A DNA stretch of 58,683 nucleotides, filler included, from Sphacelaria rigidula (lineage: Eukaryota), in NCBI GenBank assembly GCA_964200075.2. It is 10 parts of 10 records of this genome, joined end to end, with 100 filler letters (N's around TTAATTAATTAA, not from the genome) between each part and the next. Parts side by side here need not be neighbours in the genome. Positions count along the whole stretch, not along the records: positions 35,272 to 41,049 come from CAXNAA020024534.1; positions 41,150 to 46,927 come from CAXNAA020024535.1; positions 47,028 to 52,805 come from CAXNAA020024536.1; 7 more parts are not named here. One strand, given 5' to 3'. This document shows, in pieces, positions 35,852 to 48,803 of this stretch. The notes beneath the pieces were generated by a model, which saw only the letters and a program-made list of their open reading frames with translations, had not been told where the DNA came from and searched no databases. Both the position numbers and the translations under genes were made by a program. Positions within the stretch are counted from its first letter, which is position 1. Each line of letters starts with the position of its first letter.

Positions 35852-37778
35852 CTGTGATTTTTGACGCCCCTCTTCATTCGCCTTGCGTTCAGAAGGATGA
35901 GGGTGACTCGAGCGCGATACAAACGGAGCAGACGTATCGCTTCCGCCCTCTGTCGCTCCAGTAGCATCTTAGTGTACATGCACGGGGTGGGGTAGACGGT
36001 GAGGAGGGCAAGAGAACAATGTGGGACACAGCAACGATGGAGAGCCACCTTACTTTGCAAGTTCGTTTTGTGTCTGCAAGAAACACAGGATTACAAATTG
36101 GGGATGGATCTTTGATTGGTGATGAAACCCCGGAGAATTAAAATCTTCTTATCCATACCAAATTCTCGAAGTATGCCTACATTTCTTCACTCGCTGGAAG
36201 CTATTGACAACTACTACACGCGATACAAATTTGGATTTCGGTAATCGAAATGTCGGGGTCTTAGGTGAAATTTGTTTCGGGAGATTTAGGTGATCCAATC
36301 GGACGCCAAATTGGTTTTTCACCTAGGACCCCAACATTTCGGTTATCGAAATCCAAATTTATATGGCGTGTAGCAGTTGTCAATAGCTACCAGCAAGTGA
36401 AGAAAGGGAAGCATACTCTAAGGATTTGGTATGGACACGAAGATTTTAATTCTACGGGTTCTCATCCCCAATAAACAATCCATCCCCAATTTGTAAAATC
36501 CCGTGTTGAGACTTCTCGCGTGCAAGCTAATCTCTCGCAGCGAGACCAGATCACCGTCGAACAGGAGGGCAGACTTGAAAACATCCCTCGTTAGCACAGT
36601 TTGAAATGAACCCGGGCACAGCCGCCACATCGCGATCCCTCAAGCGGGAGGCAACATTGCAAGTCTCCCTTATCCATCTTCCGAACTGGTTCGGGAACGA
36701 GGACGCGCGAAACGGTCGCGTGTGATTCCGATCACGTGCAAAAGTCTCGACTCTATTCGCTCAATGATCCAACATACTTTCGGAAAAAAAAACAATATCA
36801 TTTTTGTTGCCGTGTGGGACAGCAAGGGAATGAACGCCTGATAACCTTCAAGTACTCCCATTCTCTATAAGCATCCACCGAAAATTTGGTTTCGTCAAGC
36901 ACTTTCGATGTTGATATAGTGGTGCTTACCTTCATGGAGGTCCAGGCCTTCGTTGTGTAGGTATACATTGGGTATTCGAGCCATCACTATAAAAATAGAT
37001 TATGTGGATGTTAACAGCCATATCACGTGGGACCATGGCAAATAGCACAGTATCACAGTATTTCCTGAGGTAGCTATTATCAAGCTCTCGCTAACCGAAA
37101 GTCATGTACACGTACATCCACAAGACTGCAGCCGAAAAATGGGCACATTATTTCAATCCTAGGTACCATTGCTGCAGCCGTTGTGTGGGTCGGCGTACGG
37201 ACTCCTTGAGTAGAAACAGTAGAGAAGCGAGGGGATGCAATGAGTTCTTCTCATCGTGAAAAATCAATGCGACTATTTTAGTCACCGTCTGAAACTGCAG
37301 TAAAAATACTTCGAGGGTAACCTGCAAGTAAAATCTAACCGGTTTCACGGCGGATTCTTACTCTCCTGTCTATTTATCGAGTCATCTATTCCGCATCTTG
37401 TGTGCATTCTGCTGGTCAGCGGTAGTATGCCCCTCGAAGCAAACAAGGACATTCTTCTCTTTTAAAGTTTTGATTCCCATGGGCGCTGAAAAGGCACTAG
37501 CCGTGTCTACATCCTCGCCGCAAACCCGTCCCAACCCTCGATGGAGCTCGTGCAAATTTCGTTGAGGGGAAGTTGATGAACTTGACTAACTATATACCAA
37601 CAACGGGACTGTTGCTTACCTCTGCTCGCTCCCCTTTGTTCCGCGAAAGCAACGTTGCTTCCTGCTTCCTCTGCTGCAACTGTATTTTCAGGCGAATCCT
37701 GCGTTGCATTACGATCTCGCTCTCGTCCTGGAATTCGTGTTCGCTGTTCGCCGCCGGAAAACGCGTGATAGAGCTCAC
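35852..37778 (-). CDS. Candidate exons of an unidentified gene (about 37620-37778, 37167-37321, 35852-35967)
   Basis: Donor GAG|gtaagc at 37619 is phase-compatible with acceptor ttgcAG at 37322; the third block has ctaAG and AG|gcgagt borders; helical-looking peptides, no family recognised. Confidence 0.35.
36084..36505. mobile_element. Foldback MITE of about 420 bp with CAC...GTG ends
   Basis: ttacaaattggggatggat / atccatccccaatttgtaa ends; the two halves are imperfect inverted repeats almost to the centre. Confidence 0.85.
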
Positions 37779-40439
37779 ACTACGTTGTCATCGTCAGTAC
37801 AAATACCGATATTATGATTACTCGTTTTGTTTGGATGGCTTAATATCAATAAATACGTATTTGTGGATATGCATATCCTCGACAGAAGGATGAAAAGAAT
37901 GAGAGTGGTGTGGCGAGTGGCTATCGTGATGCCCTGCACTTGGCTCCTTCTTCCCTCGTTGGATATCTGCATCATTTTGTGTTTTCCAACGTTTTGTTCG
38001 CGGTGGTTGTGTATGATTCAGGGCAGAGGTGATGCTACGATAGGGCGGGGGGGGGGGGGGGGGGGGGGGTGTGGGGTGCTTGTGTTTATAGATTAGCTAG
38101 CCGCTTAAGCGAGTGAANNNNNNNNNNGTGGGTGGAGAGGCGGGGGGGGATGGGCGCAGTCGGGACGGCGAGGGGTCATGGAAGGGTGGGGGTATTTTGG
38201 GCCGTTTTCTTCCATGAAATTTCACTTCAATCGCCGTTGAAAGCAGCCAACAGTTGTTCGAACGCGCTTGCTCCCGATATACCACGCTCTCCCATACTGC
38301 TTTACACCGCTTTTACTCAAATAGACGCGCACCGCGAGCGTTCTAGGTCGTTTGACGCATCTATGAGTACATTTTTCTCGTGGAATCGAACACTCCCCCT
38401 CCCCTATCGTGGCATGCTTTAATGGCTGGCTGTGATGCCCCCACCCGCAATAGTGAGACACCCATAAGGCACTGTGTAACCCATGGCTATCTCTGGAAGT
38501 GGCGATACCAGAAACTGAGACAACATTCGGAGCTATCATCCATATGCAATACGTTTCGTACGCTTCGGGTCGAACAATCTCAACGCGATGCAGCTCACCA
38601 TTCATGCGACTCGCTCGACACATCACTGTGCTTCGCGCTCGGTGACCGATTGCGAGCCTGGTCCGGTGAAACCCCGGCGTGCACCGTCCCGGCTTTGTAG
38701 GGATGCGAGGCCAATGGCCATATGGCTACGGCATGCAAGATCATGAGTACACTCGCTCCCTTCCCCGTGCTGTTATCTCCTCACTCTTCTCTTAGCGTTG
38801 CTAAAAAAACACAGGCCGGATATACACTAGAAACAACGGCGCTCATCATCTTTTTATTTACATTACCGGAACACAGAGAGGATACAGACGTGAAATAACG
38901 GAGCTCATATAACTTATTTGCACTAACCAGAGCACAGACCAGATGTAGGCATGAAGTAACGTAGTTGGACGTTTTCATTTCCCGATACTAAGACAAGGAA
39001 CAGTGGGGAGTCTTTCCCTTATGTCGTAACGAAGGTTATACCCGAAACAACACCAAAATCCACTCATGCAATTCATAACTTAAAGGTTGACAATGTTTAT
39101 TGAAAACCCAGAAAATTCTGAGCAATCACAGATAGGGTGAGGTCACCCCGACACGTTAACTCTCACAAAGGTTGGGTATCGTGGTGAAATACTGGGAATC
39201 TGTACCAAGTTCCATTGTGAGGGGGAAACATGGTCAGAAATTATCCTAAAACCCCCGACATTAGCGGCACAGGCGTCAAATGAGGGAAGGAGTGCATGAT
39301 GCATGACAATGACGTTGAGACCTACTGCAGTCATGAAACGAACACCGTGCCGATGACTGACCACATTGACAAAAAGAAGGAGCACCAAGCGGTACGTAGA
39401 TATTACTAGATCCTGAAGGATAGAAGCCGGGACAAAATGTGGGGGAATGGTTGGTCAAGCTTTCGGTAGCGAAGGTCTCCTCGAGAGCGCTAGTAGGGTA
39501 GCTACTCATGGTGAAACGTACATAAAATGGGAGAAGGTGATGTACGGAACACCCCGACGTGTGAGTAAGACGTTGTGTTACGCAAGTCGTCCTTAAATCC
39601 TGCACGGTGATAATAACCTCCCTGGGGGGAGGTAACCAGTACAGCAGTGGGGCAAGAAGACAGAAGACATGATCGATGATTGCCTTGGCAATCGCCTGGC
39701 ATAAGCGTGGGATACTTGAGTCCAGGGTATTGGATTTAACTTCAGGCGATGACCCCATGTTGGGGACCCTATTTAGTGTCGGTGAACCAGCAAAATATTT
39801 GAAAGATACCAGACCCCCAGACAAGTACCAGGATTGGGATATCCCAGTACATTGACTACGTCGCACTTCCAAATTCACACCGATCAAGCTGGAGATACTC
39901 TCGAAAGAGATCGAGAGAGAGAGATGATAAGAGAGGATTGATGGAGAAATAGGAAGTGGACGGGTAAAGTACTAGTAGTGCTGATATTTGGAGTCCCTAG
40001 CGATCTGACGAGAGTAGAATTAGAAAAGAGGAAGTGTAATGAAGTAGGACTGTGCTGTTTAGCAATAGGAAACGTGGAAACGGAGGGAGAACACTTGCGA
40101 GTCACGCTAAAACAGAGAACGAGGAGTGGGGAAGAGGGGAGACAAGACAAGCGTCTGCATGGATTAGAAGGGTACGGTGGAGAGTATCGTATAGCCAGTA
40201 CAAAAGTAAACCTACGACGTAGTCCTCGGGTAGACGGGCGGAAGAGGAGGCACGGACAGGTATATGCCGTGACGGGAAGGAGGGGGGGGGGGGGGGGGGG
40301 GAAAAACGGCCAAAAAAAAAAAAAAAGGGGGCCAAACTGGAAACGGAAAAAACAAAACAAGAAAAAAAAAAAANNNNNNNNNNGGAGGAGGGGGGGGGGG
40401 GGGGGAGGGAGGGGGCGAGGGAGGTTTAAAAAAAAAAAA

Positions 40440-40965
40440 CGGCCTAAAGCAGACAGAAAGGGGGCCAAACTGGAAACGGAAAAGACAAATCAAGCAAAAG
40501 ATAATACCGTAGAGAAGAAAAAGGAGATATGGAAATATACAGTTAATTAAACAAATGGAGACATTGAAGGCGGGACAAAGCAAATGTGGGTAGGGATAAA
40601 ATGGATGCTGGGCAAACAGGCCGGAGAGGCCGACAAGGGAATACCCACACTGAGAGCACAGAAGAGTGAAACGGATAGTAGTTCGAAGGGGAAGAGAGAA
40701 GTATTGGTAGAGCGCTACCAAACACGAGTAACACTAGTAACTAACACATAGTTCAACGCGAGATTCGAGAAAGAGGCCAATGTGTGGGCAGAGGCGAACG
40801 TGGAGACATCAAAACGGGAAGATAGTTTGTCCAAACGAATTGCGAAGAGAATTTACGAGAGAGGAACTGAAGGAGTGTGTAGCTACACTCAAAAATAGAA
40901 AGGCAGCAGGGACAGACAAAGAAGTGAATGGATTTCGTGAGTACGCGGAGAGGGAATGGTTACCG
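40440..40965 (+). mobile_element. Decayed LINE fragment, same family as 27495-29200
   Basis: LRREFTREELKECVATLKNRKAAGTD motif; ggcgggac.aagcaaatgtgggtagggat shared with the reverse complement of about 28310-28340. Confidence 0.8.
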
Positions 40966-41520
40966 TGGTGCCATCGTACGATAGGGTGTACTCATGATCA
41001 TGCATGCCATAGTCATCAGACCATTGACCTCGCATCCCTACGAAGCCGGNNNNNNNNNNNNNNNNNNNNNNNNNNNNNNNNNNNNNNNNNNNNTTAATTA
41101 ATTAANNNNNNNNNNNNNNNNNNNNNNNNNNNNNNNNNNNNNNNNNNNNTCATTCTCAGTCGTACTTTCAACGCTCGATTTCACGGAAACATTGTTAGGT
41201 TTGCCGGCAGGATTTTGCACCAATGTGCGAGGTAAGCGTTTTGTCCATTAATGATGCAGCCACACCCGGCCGCTAAAAGCCATGAAAAGGCTGCTCTCAA
41301 TCGTATCGTAGACTCTCAATCTCACGAAAACATTGTTAGATGGGGACTAAACACAACGCTCTGCGTATTTGGCGTAGGCTACGATGAGTTGCTGTTGGTA
41401 CTGTCGGTCCCAGATGCTGTAGATACATCGCGGCCTGCAGCTTTCGCGTGCCGATATATTGTATGTGTGCAATAAAGGCTGTACAGCATATTAACAACAA
41501 TGAACAGTACTTGGAGTGAC

Positions 41521-41690
41521 GAAACCCTGTGAAGCGTACTGTGCGGCGCGAAAAAACAACTACAGCCAAATCCCCGCGACAAACACTGCATGGTTCCCCT
41601 GAAACCCTGTGAAGCGTCTGTGTGGCGCGAAAAAACACCCTACCGCTAAATCCCCGCGACAAACACTGCACAGTTTCCCTGAACCCTGTT
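41521..41690. repeat. 80-bp tandem repeat, 2 units plus a partial
   Basis: gaaaccctgtgaagcgt...aaatccccgcgacaaacactgca at 41521 and 41601. Confidence 0.85.
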
Positions 41691-42476
41691 GACGTGCCCC
41701 CCAGGGTGCTATGTGTCCACGAGTGTTATAAACAGCCAAGCCCTGGTTCGTTATGTAGTGAGGAGTTTGGGAAGAAAAAGGTGGGTTACGGGTGGTGACG
41801 GTTAAGGGGACGGAAACACCATCAACTTTTTGTGATAGAGTTTCCGTGTTGCCGTTGTCAGGTCGATCGTGTTCTGCTCTTTCCGTTTCGTCATTATGAA
41901 CGGTATCTTGGTTGGAAGAGGGTGTATGTAGTAATGTGCCGTCGAACATAAAATGTTGGGCGTGGTTCATTCGAAGGAATGTTTTGAAGGGTGTGGAAAG
42001 GGTAACACAATCCGAGAAGAATGAATCGATTGCACATGTAGGAATGCGTACAACCTCAAGAAGGTGATGCGTTGAACATATATATCAAGAAGAAAAAAAA
42101 CAGTACGTAATCAAAGGAAAACAATCGGAATTGTAGATAGCTATACAGGAATGCCATGTCAAGCGTACATAGTCGCAATACGTGCCATCCTCGTACATCG
42201 AGTGAGAAGCGACAACCCACACATTTATACCCCCGAGTTTGGTAAATCACGCCCGCCGTTCACTTGTTGACATAAAAGTTATTGTCAACACGGGAAAGCA
42301 TCAATAGAGCACAAAGACCGACCAGAGAAAAGGGGAGTTCACTTGGACGTGAAAAATTCAAAACAAACAGACCGCTCTCAGATGCGATTCGACTCTATGG
42401 GTACGGCAAGACAACAAAGCGGACGCCTTCGAATGGAGAACAATCTCAGAAGCGCAATTTGGAACTTAAAAATTAA

Positions 42477-42637
42477 CCCTTTTGGGACCGGACTCCCAGA
42501 AACATGTGGTTTGCACGCAGGGACCTTTCAGTGAAAACACATCATTTTTCCTCTGAAACGACGTGAAAATTATGCTGATTCACAGAAAAGCCCGTGTGTG
42601 CAAACCACACGTTTCTGGGAATCCGGTCCGAAAAAAG
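42477..42637. mobile_element. piggyBac-type MITE (161 bp)
   Basis: TTAA on both sides, left end CCCTTTT, about 45-bp imperfect TIRs (ggaccgga.tcccagaaac.tgtggtttgcac). Confidence 0.75.
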
Positions 42638-42686
42638 TTAAGGGATAATCAGCTATCCAGCGAGGACAGGTACAAAATGAATACGG

Positions 42687-42930
42687 ACACTTTCTACGAT
42701 AGCCCCCCCCCAAACCATCCAAAAGTGTCACGAAAAAGTGCCCACACAGCGCCTGATGTTCGGGTTCAGGCTGCATGAACCCCTCATATTGGCGACAATG
42801 GCTGGAATGAACCCAAGCGTGGGAATTCCCAGCTTCTTGTTGTGCTCGGCTTTCCCCCTTTCGATTTACGTGAAGATTTTGCTTCCCAAAACCATGCCCT
42901 TTTTTTGTGGGGGGCTATCGTAAAACGTGT
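42687..42930. mobile_element. MITE with TIR ACAC.TT.TACGATAGCCCCCC
   Basis: 22-bp imperfect inverted termini. Confidence 0.65.
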
Positions 42931-45157
42931 TTACGACAACAGAATAACTGCAGGCAAGCAAGGCAAAAAGAGACAACAGCACGACAGCACATTATGAAGG
43001 AAAATAATCCGGGATTCTAGGAAAGCACTTGTAAAGAGAGAACATAACAGAATAGCATCGAAGGAACACAACACAATAGATAATTACATGCTCGGATGAG
43101 AGCGAATAATGAAAGCAAGCTGAAGATCAACCCTTAGACAGCGGTGCGGGTAGTCCATCTGAATCACGTATATTGTTTTCAAGTGAATATTGATGTCGAT
43201 GCAGCAGGTGACCTACCCTCGCGGTCGAAGGCTTAACAGGGAAGAATAAAAGCAACTACGGTAGGAATGCAAGAATATTTTCTGAGGTTAGAATTGTTAG
43301 GAGCCCTTTATCTCATCCAAAAGGCGACTTATGAAAATATGTGAGAGTACGCCCGGATTACTATTCCAAAATTCCGAATGAATTTGCAAACGGGGATGTC
43401 CTGATCCATATTCTTGTGCATCTAGAGTCGTCAAGAGACCCTGAACTAAATAAGGTTTCGCGCAAAAAGTGCACCCCTACCGAAGCATTGCTCGTCAGGA
43501 CTTTTCCACTTCTTCCGCGGGGACGCGCGGGCAGCATTTCAACAAATTGATCACATCTTGAGTGCGTATCGGTTCAGCTCATTTATATATTCAGCGCACA
43601 CCGAAATGATGAAGCGAGCGGTTCAGTTGTGTGGGTATTCTCACATTTTCCCGTTCGCGTTCCCGCCGACGTGAACCACCCCCGATGTTTTTGACGTGTG
43701 GTTCGATATACGACATCACCCGACGGGAAGCAAAGTGGATCTGCCGAGGTATTAGCTCACCTCAACACATTGCACCGCCAACGAAAAACACAAAGCGTGT
43801 TCTGCCCGGGTTTTTTACTGTACTCAGTGTTGTGTTGTGCAAATCATCACCGTGCGTGCCCTCGACTCACAGGGCCCGTCCCCTCACGCAGACCACCCGT
43901 TCTATGTCATCGTCCCCTCACGCCAGACAACCGCTCTATTTCATTGGTGACGAAGGCATACACGGTGTGAGAGCCGCGTTGTGATCATACAGACTTGAAC
44001 TGAAATTGGGGGGCGCCGGGGACCACATGAACTGACCACATGAAACCACATGAACTCCTTCCCCCGCGCCTCCAACATTTGTTCCGGGTCTATTTGATCA
44101 CAACGCGGCACTTACACCGTATGTCCCTTCATTCTCGATGAAATACGTGGGGGGACGGGCCCTGTGAGCCATGGATACGCACGTTCAAGGTTTGCGCAGG
44201 AAATCGAATGAGTTCATGTCTCGAGTGCAGCACTCGAGTACTCAAAGTCATAGAGTTTGCTCTCTGATCAAGAATTTCTACGGGCGTTCATCGTCAGCCT
44301 GCTTCACCCATGTGTTTTGTTGCCGCCGTAACCCATTGATATCGTCGGCGCACATCGAAGTGTCCGCGCGCCGGACCCCTAGCATTGGCGTTCGCCCGGA
44401 CGCCTGGACAGTCATCCCCCGACGCGGGCGCGGCGGGATCTGCACACTAATTTCAGCATATCATTACGTAGACGCCTCCTTACGATAATCGCTGCGCTCT
44501 CGTGCGTCCTAAAGATCTTATACATACGTATTATACATTATGTGTGATATATGTACATGTATCATTTCACATTTTTCACCACTTGTGCCGAGTTTTCTCT
44601 GGCAGCAAGGCATTTCATCCCGCGCTTTCTTTTTCACCCCACGAAGAAGGCGCAGCGGTATATTACCGTTTAGGTTTGGGTGTCATCTGATGCCTATGGC
44701 GCGTGTTCTGGCCGCCGAAAGTCGCCCAAACTGGCTTTTTTTCGCGGGATGTCGATCCCGAACCACGGAAGCCTTTTCAAGATCGTGGAAAACTTCAAAC
44801 AGGAACCCAAACCACAAAAGCCTGCTGAAGATCATCGTTCGAACAGGATAAATTTAGGCGAGGTATTTTTACACCGTGGCTTTCTTGGCGTTTTCGTTGA
44901 TGCAGCGAATGTCACGAGAACATGGGAGCAAAACAGTTAAAAACAGTCAAACGTTGCCTTGGCCGTAGTCAGCAGCATATACAAGTCGAATGATCTGAGA
45001 CCCCTTATTATTTAGTTTTGACGTGAAGCCTCTGATCCCTCAAATCTGCGTAATATGGGTCCCAATCACGCGAACCCAACAGTCGTTATCGTTCTATCGA
45101 GAACAAGACCCACGGGTCCTGTCCATAGGAAGCTTCTAACCATGAGGAAAGTTCCTC

Positions 45158-45383
45158 GAGTGTCGGCTAGACTGCTGCAGGAGATTTTGTTGAACTGTCT
45201 GTGTATCTTGGGAGCCACGGAGCTATGTTTACGCTCCAAGCTCAAAGCCAACGCACACGATGCCGTCAATCGGGTGTCGACTAGACTGCTCTAGGGGGTT
45301 TGTTGAAGTATCTGTGCCCCTTGGGAGTCACAGAGCTATGTTTTCTCCCAATCTCAACGCCAACGCACACGATGCCATCAAGC
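45158..45383. repeat. About 114-bp diverged tandem duplication
   Basis: gtgtcg.ctagactgct...gccaacgcacacgatgcc.tcaa occurs twice. Confidence 0.75.
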
Positions 45384-47066
45384 TCACAGTATGTGAGCTT
45401 GACTGTACACTACACCACACCACAAGCTGTAAACAGGTGCACTAGAGACATAGTTCTGTATGCAGGGCGACACCATCTGTGGATGCATTAGCAATATGAA
45501 CTGCTACGAGCTGGGCCAGCTGATCGTGATTTTTGAACAGAAAGTGGAGATGTCATTGGCAATTTGAAGAGCTAGGCGCCGAAACTTTGACACGACATTT
45601 TGACTATCAACTCGTCCAGCCCCATTGGAGATGTAGAGGAAAAACAAATACAAACAGGAAGTTAGAGCGAGTTGAAGTTTCAGCAAAAGCAGGGAAAATG
45701 CTATAACGTCTTTTCAAATTGATAAAAACGATAACAACGCTCCAACACGTACGGGCACTCGCGTGAACGACATCCTGGTAAAGTTTCGGCCAAAAGTACC
45801 TCAAATTGGGCGCGGCACCGCACAGCAACAGCCTCTCTTAACCATATATTTTTTACTTGATTCACCCCCGGGAGGCCCGTACCAACCCTCCCGAAGGGGA
45901 CCTTGTATTATATATGTACATGTATCATTTCACATTTTCACCACTTCTGCCGACTTTTCTCTGGCGGCAATGTATCTTATCACGCGCTTTTTTTGCAGTG
46001 CACGAAGAAGGCGCAGCGGTACATTACCTTCCAGGTTTGGGTGTCATCTGATACCTGTGGCGCGTGTTATGATCATCGAAAGTCGTCCACACTGGCTCTT
46101 TCTCGCGGGGTGTCGATCCCGAACCACAAAAGCTCTCCAAGATGATGGAAAACTTCAAGCAGGAGCCTGAACAACAAAAACCTGTTTATGGCAGGGTATC
46201 TCTTTGCGTTCTCGTTGATTTGGGAGCACGAAGACAGCGGTCATGCAGCGAATGTCACGAAAACATGAGAGCAAAGCAGTTGAAAACAATTGAACATCGC
46301 CTTCGCCTTAGTCAGCGGCAAAAGCAAGACCGTGCTATGAGCCGTTGGCGAGGTGAACAAGGCACACACGTGGGCACACGTCCCGACTGTGGGTCAGCTG
46401 TGAAAGACCAGAGCAGTGGGGTGACGAAATTCCTGTGATCATGCAACCCGTAACAGAGAGTTCCGTCTGTGATGAAGATGACTTTACCACTTGGTAGTTG
46501 ACAGATATTTCTGGGAAATATATGGTTTGTGCAGGTGCTGATGCATTTCGAATAACATAAACCCCAACGCTAACCCCAACCCTAATAGCACCGACCAAGG
46601 TATTCCGAGAACTCTCGGGCAACGGGGATGCAGAGTGTTCCTCAAGTAAAGCGTGCGTTGCGAGAGCTCATATCGTCGCCTTTCGAGAGCTCAAATCGAC
46701 GTCTTTGAGCCGATTTTGGACCAAAACACTTTCTGGACGAGCTAGGCCTACTGCTCACCACTGCTCACCTGCCCCAAATAATGAATTTTCTAAGAACTTT
46801 CTTCAGTCTGAAATGACGTAAGATCGAGTATCAGCTATTGTTTACGTACTATTCTTGGGTTGACCATGTTCATGTGAACAGGTACACTGGGTGAACATGC
46901 ACACGTACGGATATAATTATGCGGATGNNNNNNNNNNNNNNNNNNNNNNNNNNNNNNNNNNNNNNNNNNNNTTAATTAATTAANNNNNNNNNNNNNNNNN
47001 NNNNNNNNNNNNNNNNNNNNNNNNNNNCGCGGACATATCTTGAGGTGGTGACAGGTAGGGGAACAG

Positions 47067-48803
47067 GTGAGGCGGCGGCGGCGCCGAGGAGGGCGCCACG
47101 CGCTGGTGTCGGCGCCGACGGGGGGGGGTCCGGACGACTCCACCTTCGTCTCTCGCGGCGTCATCAGAGAGCGGAAGCGTGGATACAGCGGCGGCAGCAG
47201 AACCATATTCACCACGTGCGGGGGGGGGCACCGTGCAATTGGTGACTTGCAACCCCATCTGTTGTGGTGGCGTGATGGCAAGGGGCCTGACCAAAGCATC
47301 CATAGCGCAGTTGGACCCGGTATAGGTGAGGGGGAGATGTCCGCAGTGCACTTCATCATTCACTCGAGGACGTTATTTCAGAAGCATTTGAAGAAATGGC
47401 TCGTGACTTCCACTGATACTGATCAGTGGATACATGTCCTGTTGGCCATGTCCTGCGGACATATCGAGCCACAAGGCTCCAACGCGGTGCAGGTAACTGT
47501 CAGACGCATTGTGAACGCAGGCCCTCGGTACATACTGATGAACAGGGTGTACAGCGCCATCGTGACTCTGAGGGACGGGAGCGATAGTGCGTGGCCTCCC
47601 GACGGACCGTATGATTGGCTGACGCATCCTGTAAAGGTGGCGCTCTTCGTTTTCACCTGTCTATTGGCTGGCTGCAACTTCCTACCGCATGTATCCGGGA
47701 TTCCCTTCCCAAAGATGTGGGAATTCGTTCTGAACGCACTGAGAACGCCGAATCTGTTCATGAAAGCGATAGTGGTGATCGACGAGGGTAAGGCGAGGGT
47801 GGAGGTGGACGAGGGGGTCAAGCTACTGGCCACGATTGTTTTCTTCAGGTACGAAAAGGCATTTGCGCAAGTCGCCGCGGACCCTGAACATCTCTTCACC
47901 ACGACAGAGCAGAATCTGGAGTCTTTCGTGAACAAGATTCATCTATGCATCACCACAGTACATGGGCACATGCCTTCCCGGTGCTGCCCGGACTTGGACG
48001 CCTGCCAGAGGCACGTGGATAAGGCCGACGCAGTATTGGAAAACTGGGGGGGGGGCTTTGGGATGAGCATGCCCACAGTGAACTTCAACGGGCGCGGATG
48101 GGGCGTTGAACCAGAAAAAATAATTCACCACAAGGATGGGGTAAAGGCGGCGAGTAGAGGGGCGGTGGAGCTTACACGGGACAACAAAGTTGTACACTTG
48201 TCAAGCCACACGTATGTCGATACATCCGGGATTGTGCGAACCCTGAGATGCGCGTGCAAACTGGCAAGGGCGGCGCAAAGACATCACCGGTGCCGAGGTT
48301 GCAGATGTTTGGGGAATTGTACGTTGAGCTGCGGTTGCCAGGGCGGCTGCTTTTTGCCGCTATCCCCTGATCCAGCGACCGACACTACTGCTACAGGTGA
48401 TTCCGCCGGAGGATATGTCGATACGTCCCGCCGACGTCGTAAGGGTAGGGGCGGATCCACGGCGAACCGTGGAAGGGGCGGGTCAGCGGCGTTGCGTGGC
48501 GGGGGGCAGGCGAATGGAGCGAGGAAGGCCCCGGGGGCAGGTGTTGATAGTAGTCGTGATGAGGACTGCTGCCGACGAGATGGCGAAAGGATGGCGAGTG
48601 TAGCGGGAGGGAAATCGGATCCGGAACCAGATCCTACCAGTCGCAGTTGTTGCGACGGCGGTCTAGATGGTCCGCCAGAGGGCGGATCGAAGCATTCAGC
48701 CGGTATCTGGCTTGGAGATTCGGACTCCGAGTGTAGCGACTCAGAGGAAGACGATTCGGCATCGGAAGCGGGCAAGGACCACGACGACGAATTCGCCTTT
48801 TGA
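47067..48803 (+). CDS. C-terminal part of an AcademX-like transposon protein: PIN/XPG-XRN-type nuclease, Cys cluster and acidic tail; 5' end truncated by the contig edge
   Basis: GIGEGE, LVTSTDTD, RYILMN, LLAGCNFLP, PDLDACQRHVDKADAVLENW, GRGW, then CAC...CRGCRCLGNCTLSCGCQGGC; 578 aa without introns. Confidence 0.7.
   Translation: MRRRRRRGGRHALVSAPTGGGPDDSTFVSRGVIRERKRGYSGGSRTIFTTCGGGHRAIGDLQPHLLWWRDGKGPDQSIHSAVGPGIGEGEMSAVHFIIHSRTLFQKHLKKWLVTSTDTDQWIHVLLAMSCGHIEPQGSNAVQVTVRRIVNAGPRYILMNRVYSAIVTLRDGSDSAWPPDGPYDWLTHPVKVALFVFTCLLAGCNFLPHVSGIPFPKMWEFVLNALRTPNLFMKAIVVIDEGKARVEVDEGVKLLATIVFFRYEKAFAQVAADPEHLFTTTEQNLESFVNKIHLCITTVHGHMPSRCCPDLDACQRHVDKADAVLENWGGGFGMSMPTVNFNGRGWGVEPEKIIHHKDGVKAASRGAVELTRDNKVVHLSSHTYVDTSGIVRTLRCACKLARAAQRHHRCRGCRCLGNCTLSCGCQGGCFLPLSPDPATDTTATGDSAGGYVDTSRRRRKGRGGSTANRGRGGSAALRGGGQANGARKAPGAGVDSSRDEDCCRRDGERMASVAGGKSDPEPDPTSRSCCDGGLDGPPEGGSKHSAGIWLGDSDSECSDSEEDDSASEAGKDHDDEFAF

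Noticed and set aside
39143..39900. 203-aa minus-strand ORF (39276-39887)
   Set aside because: No recognisable motif or splice structure; probably decayed repeat sequence.
13351..48803. GTPase, nuclease and repeat array forming one multi-gene system
   Set aside because: They lie on different contigs joined only by artificial linkers.
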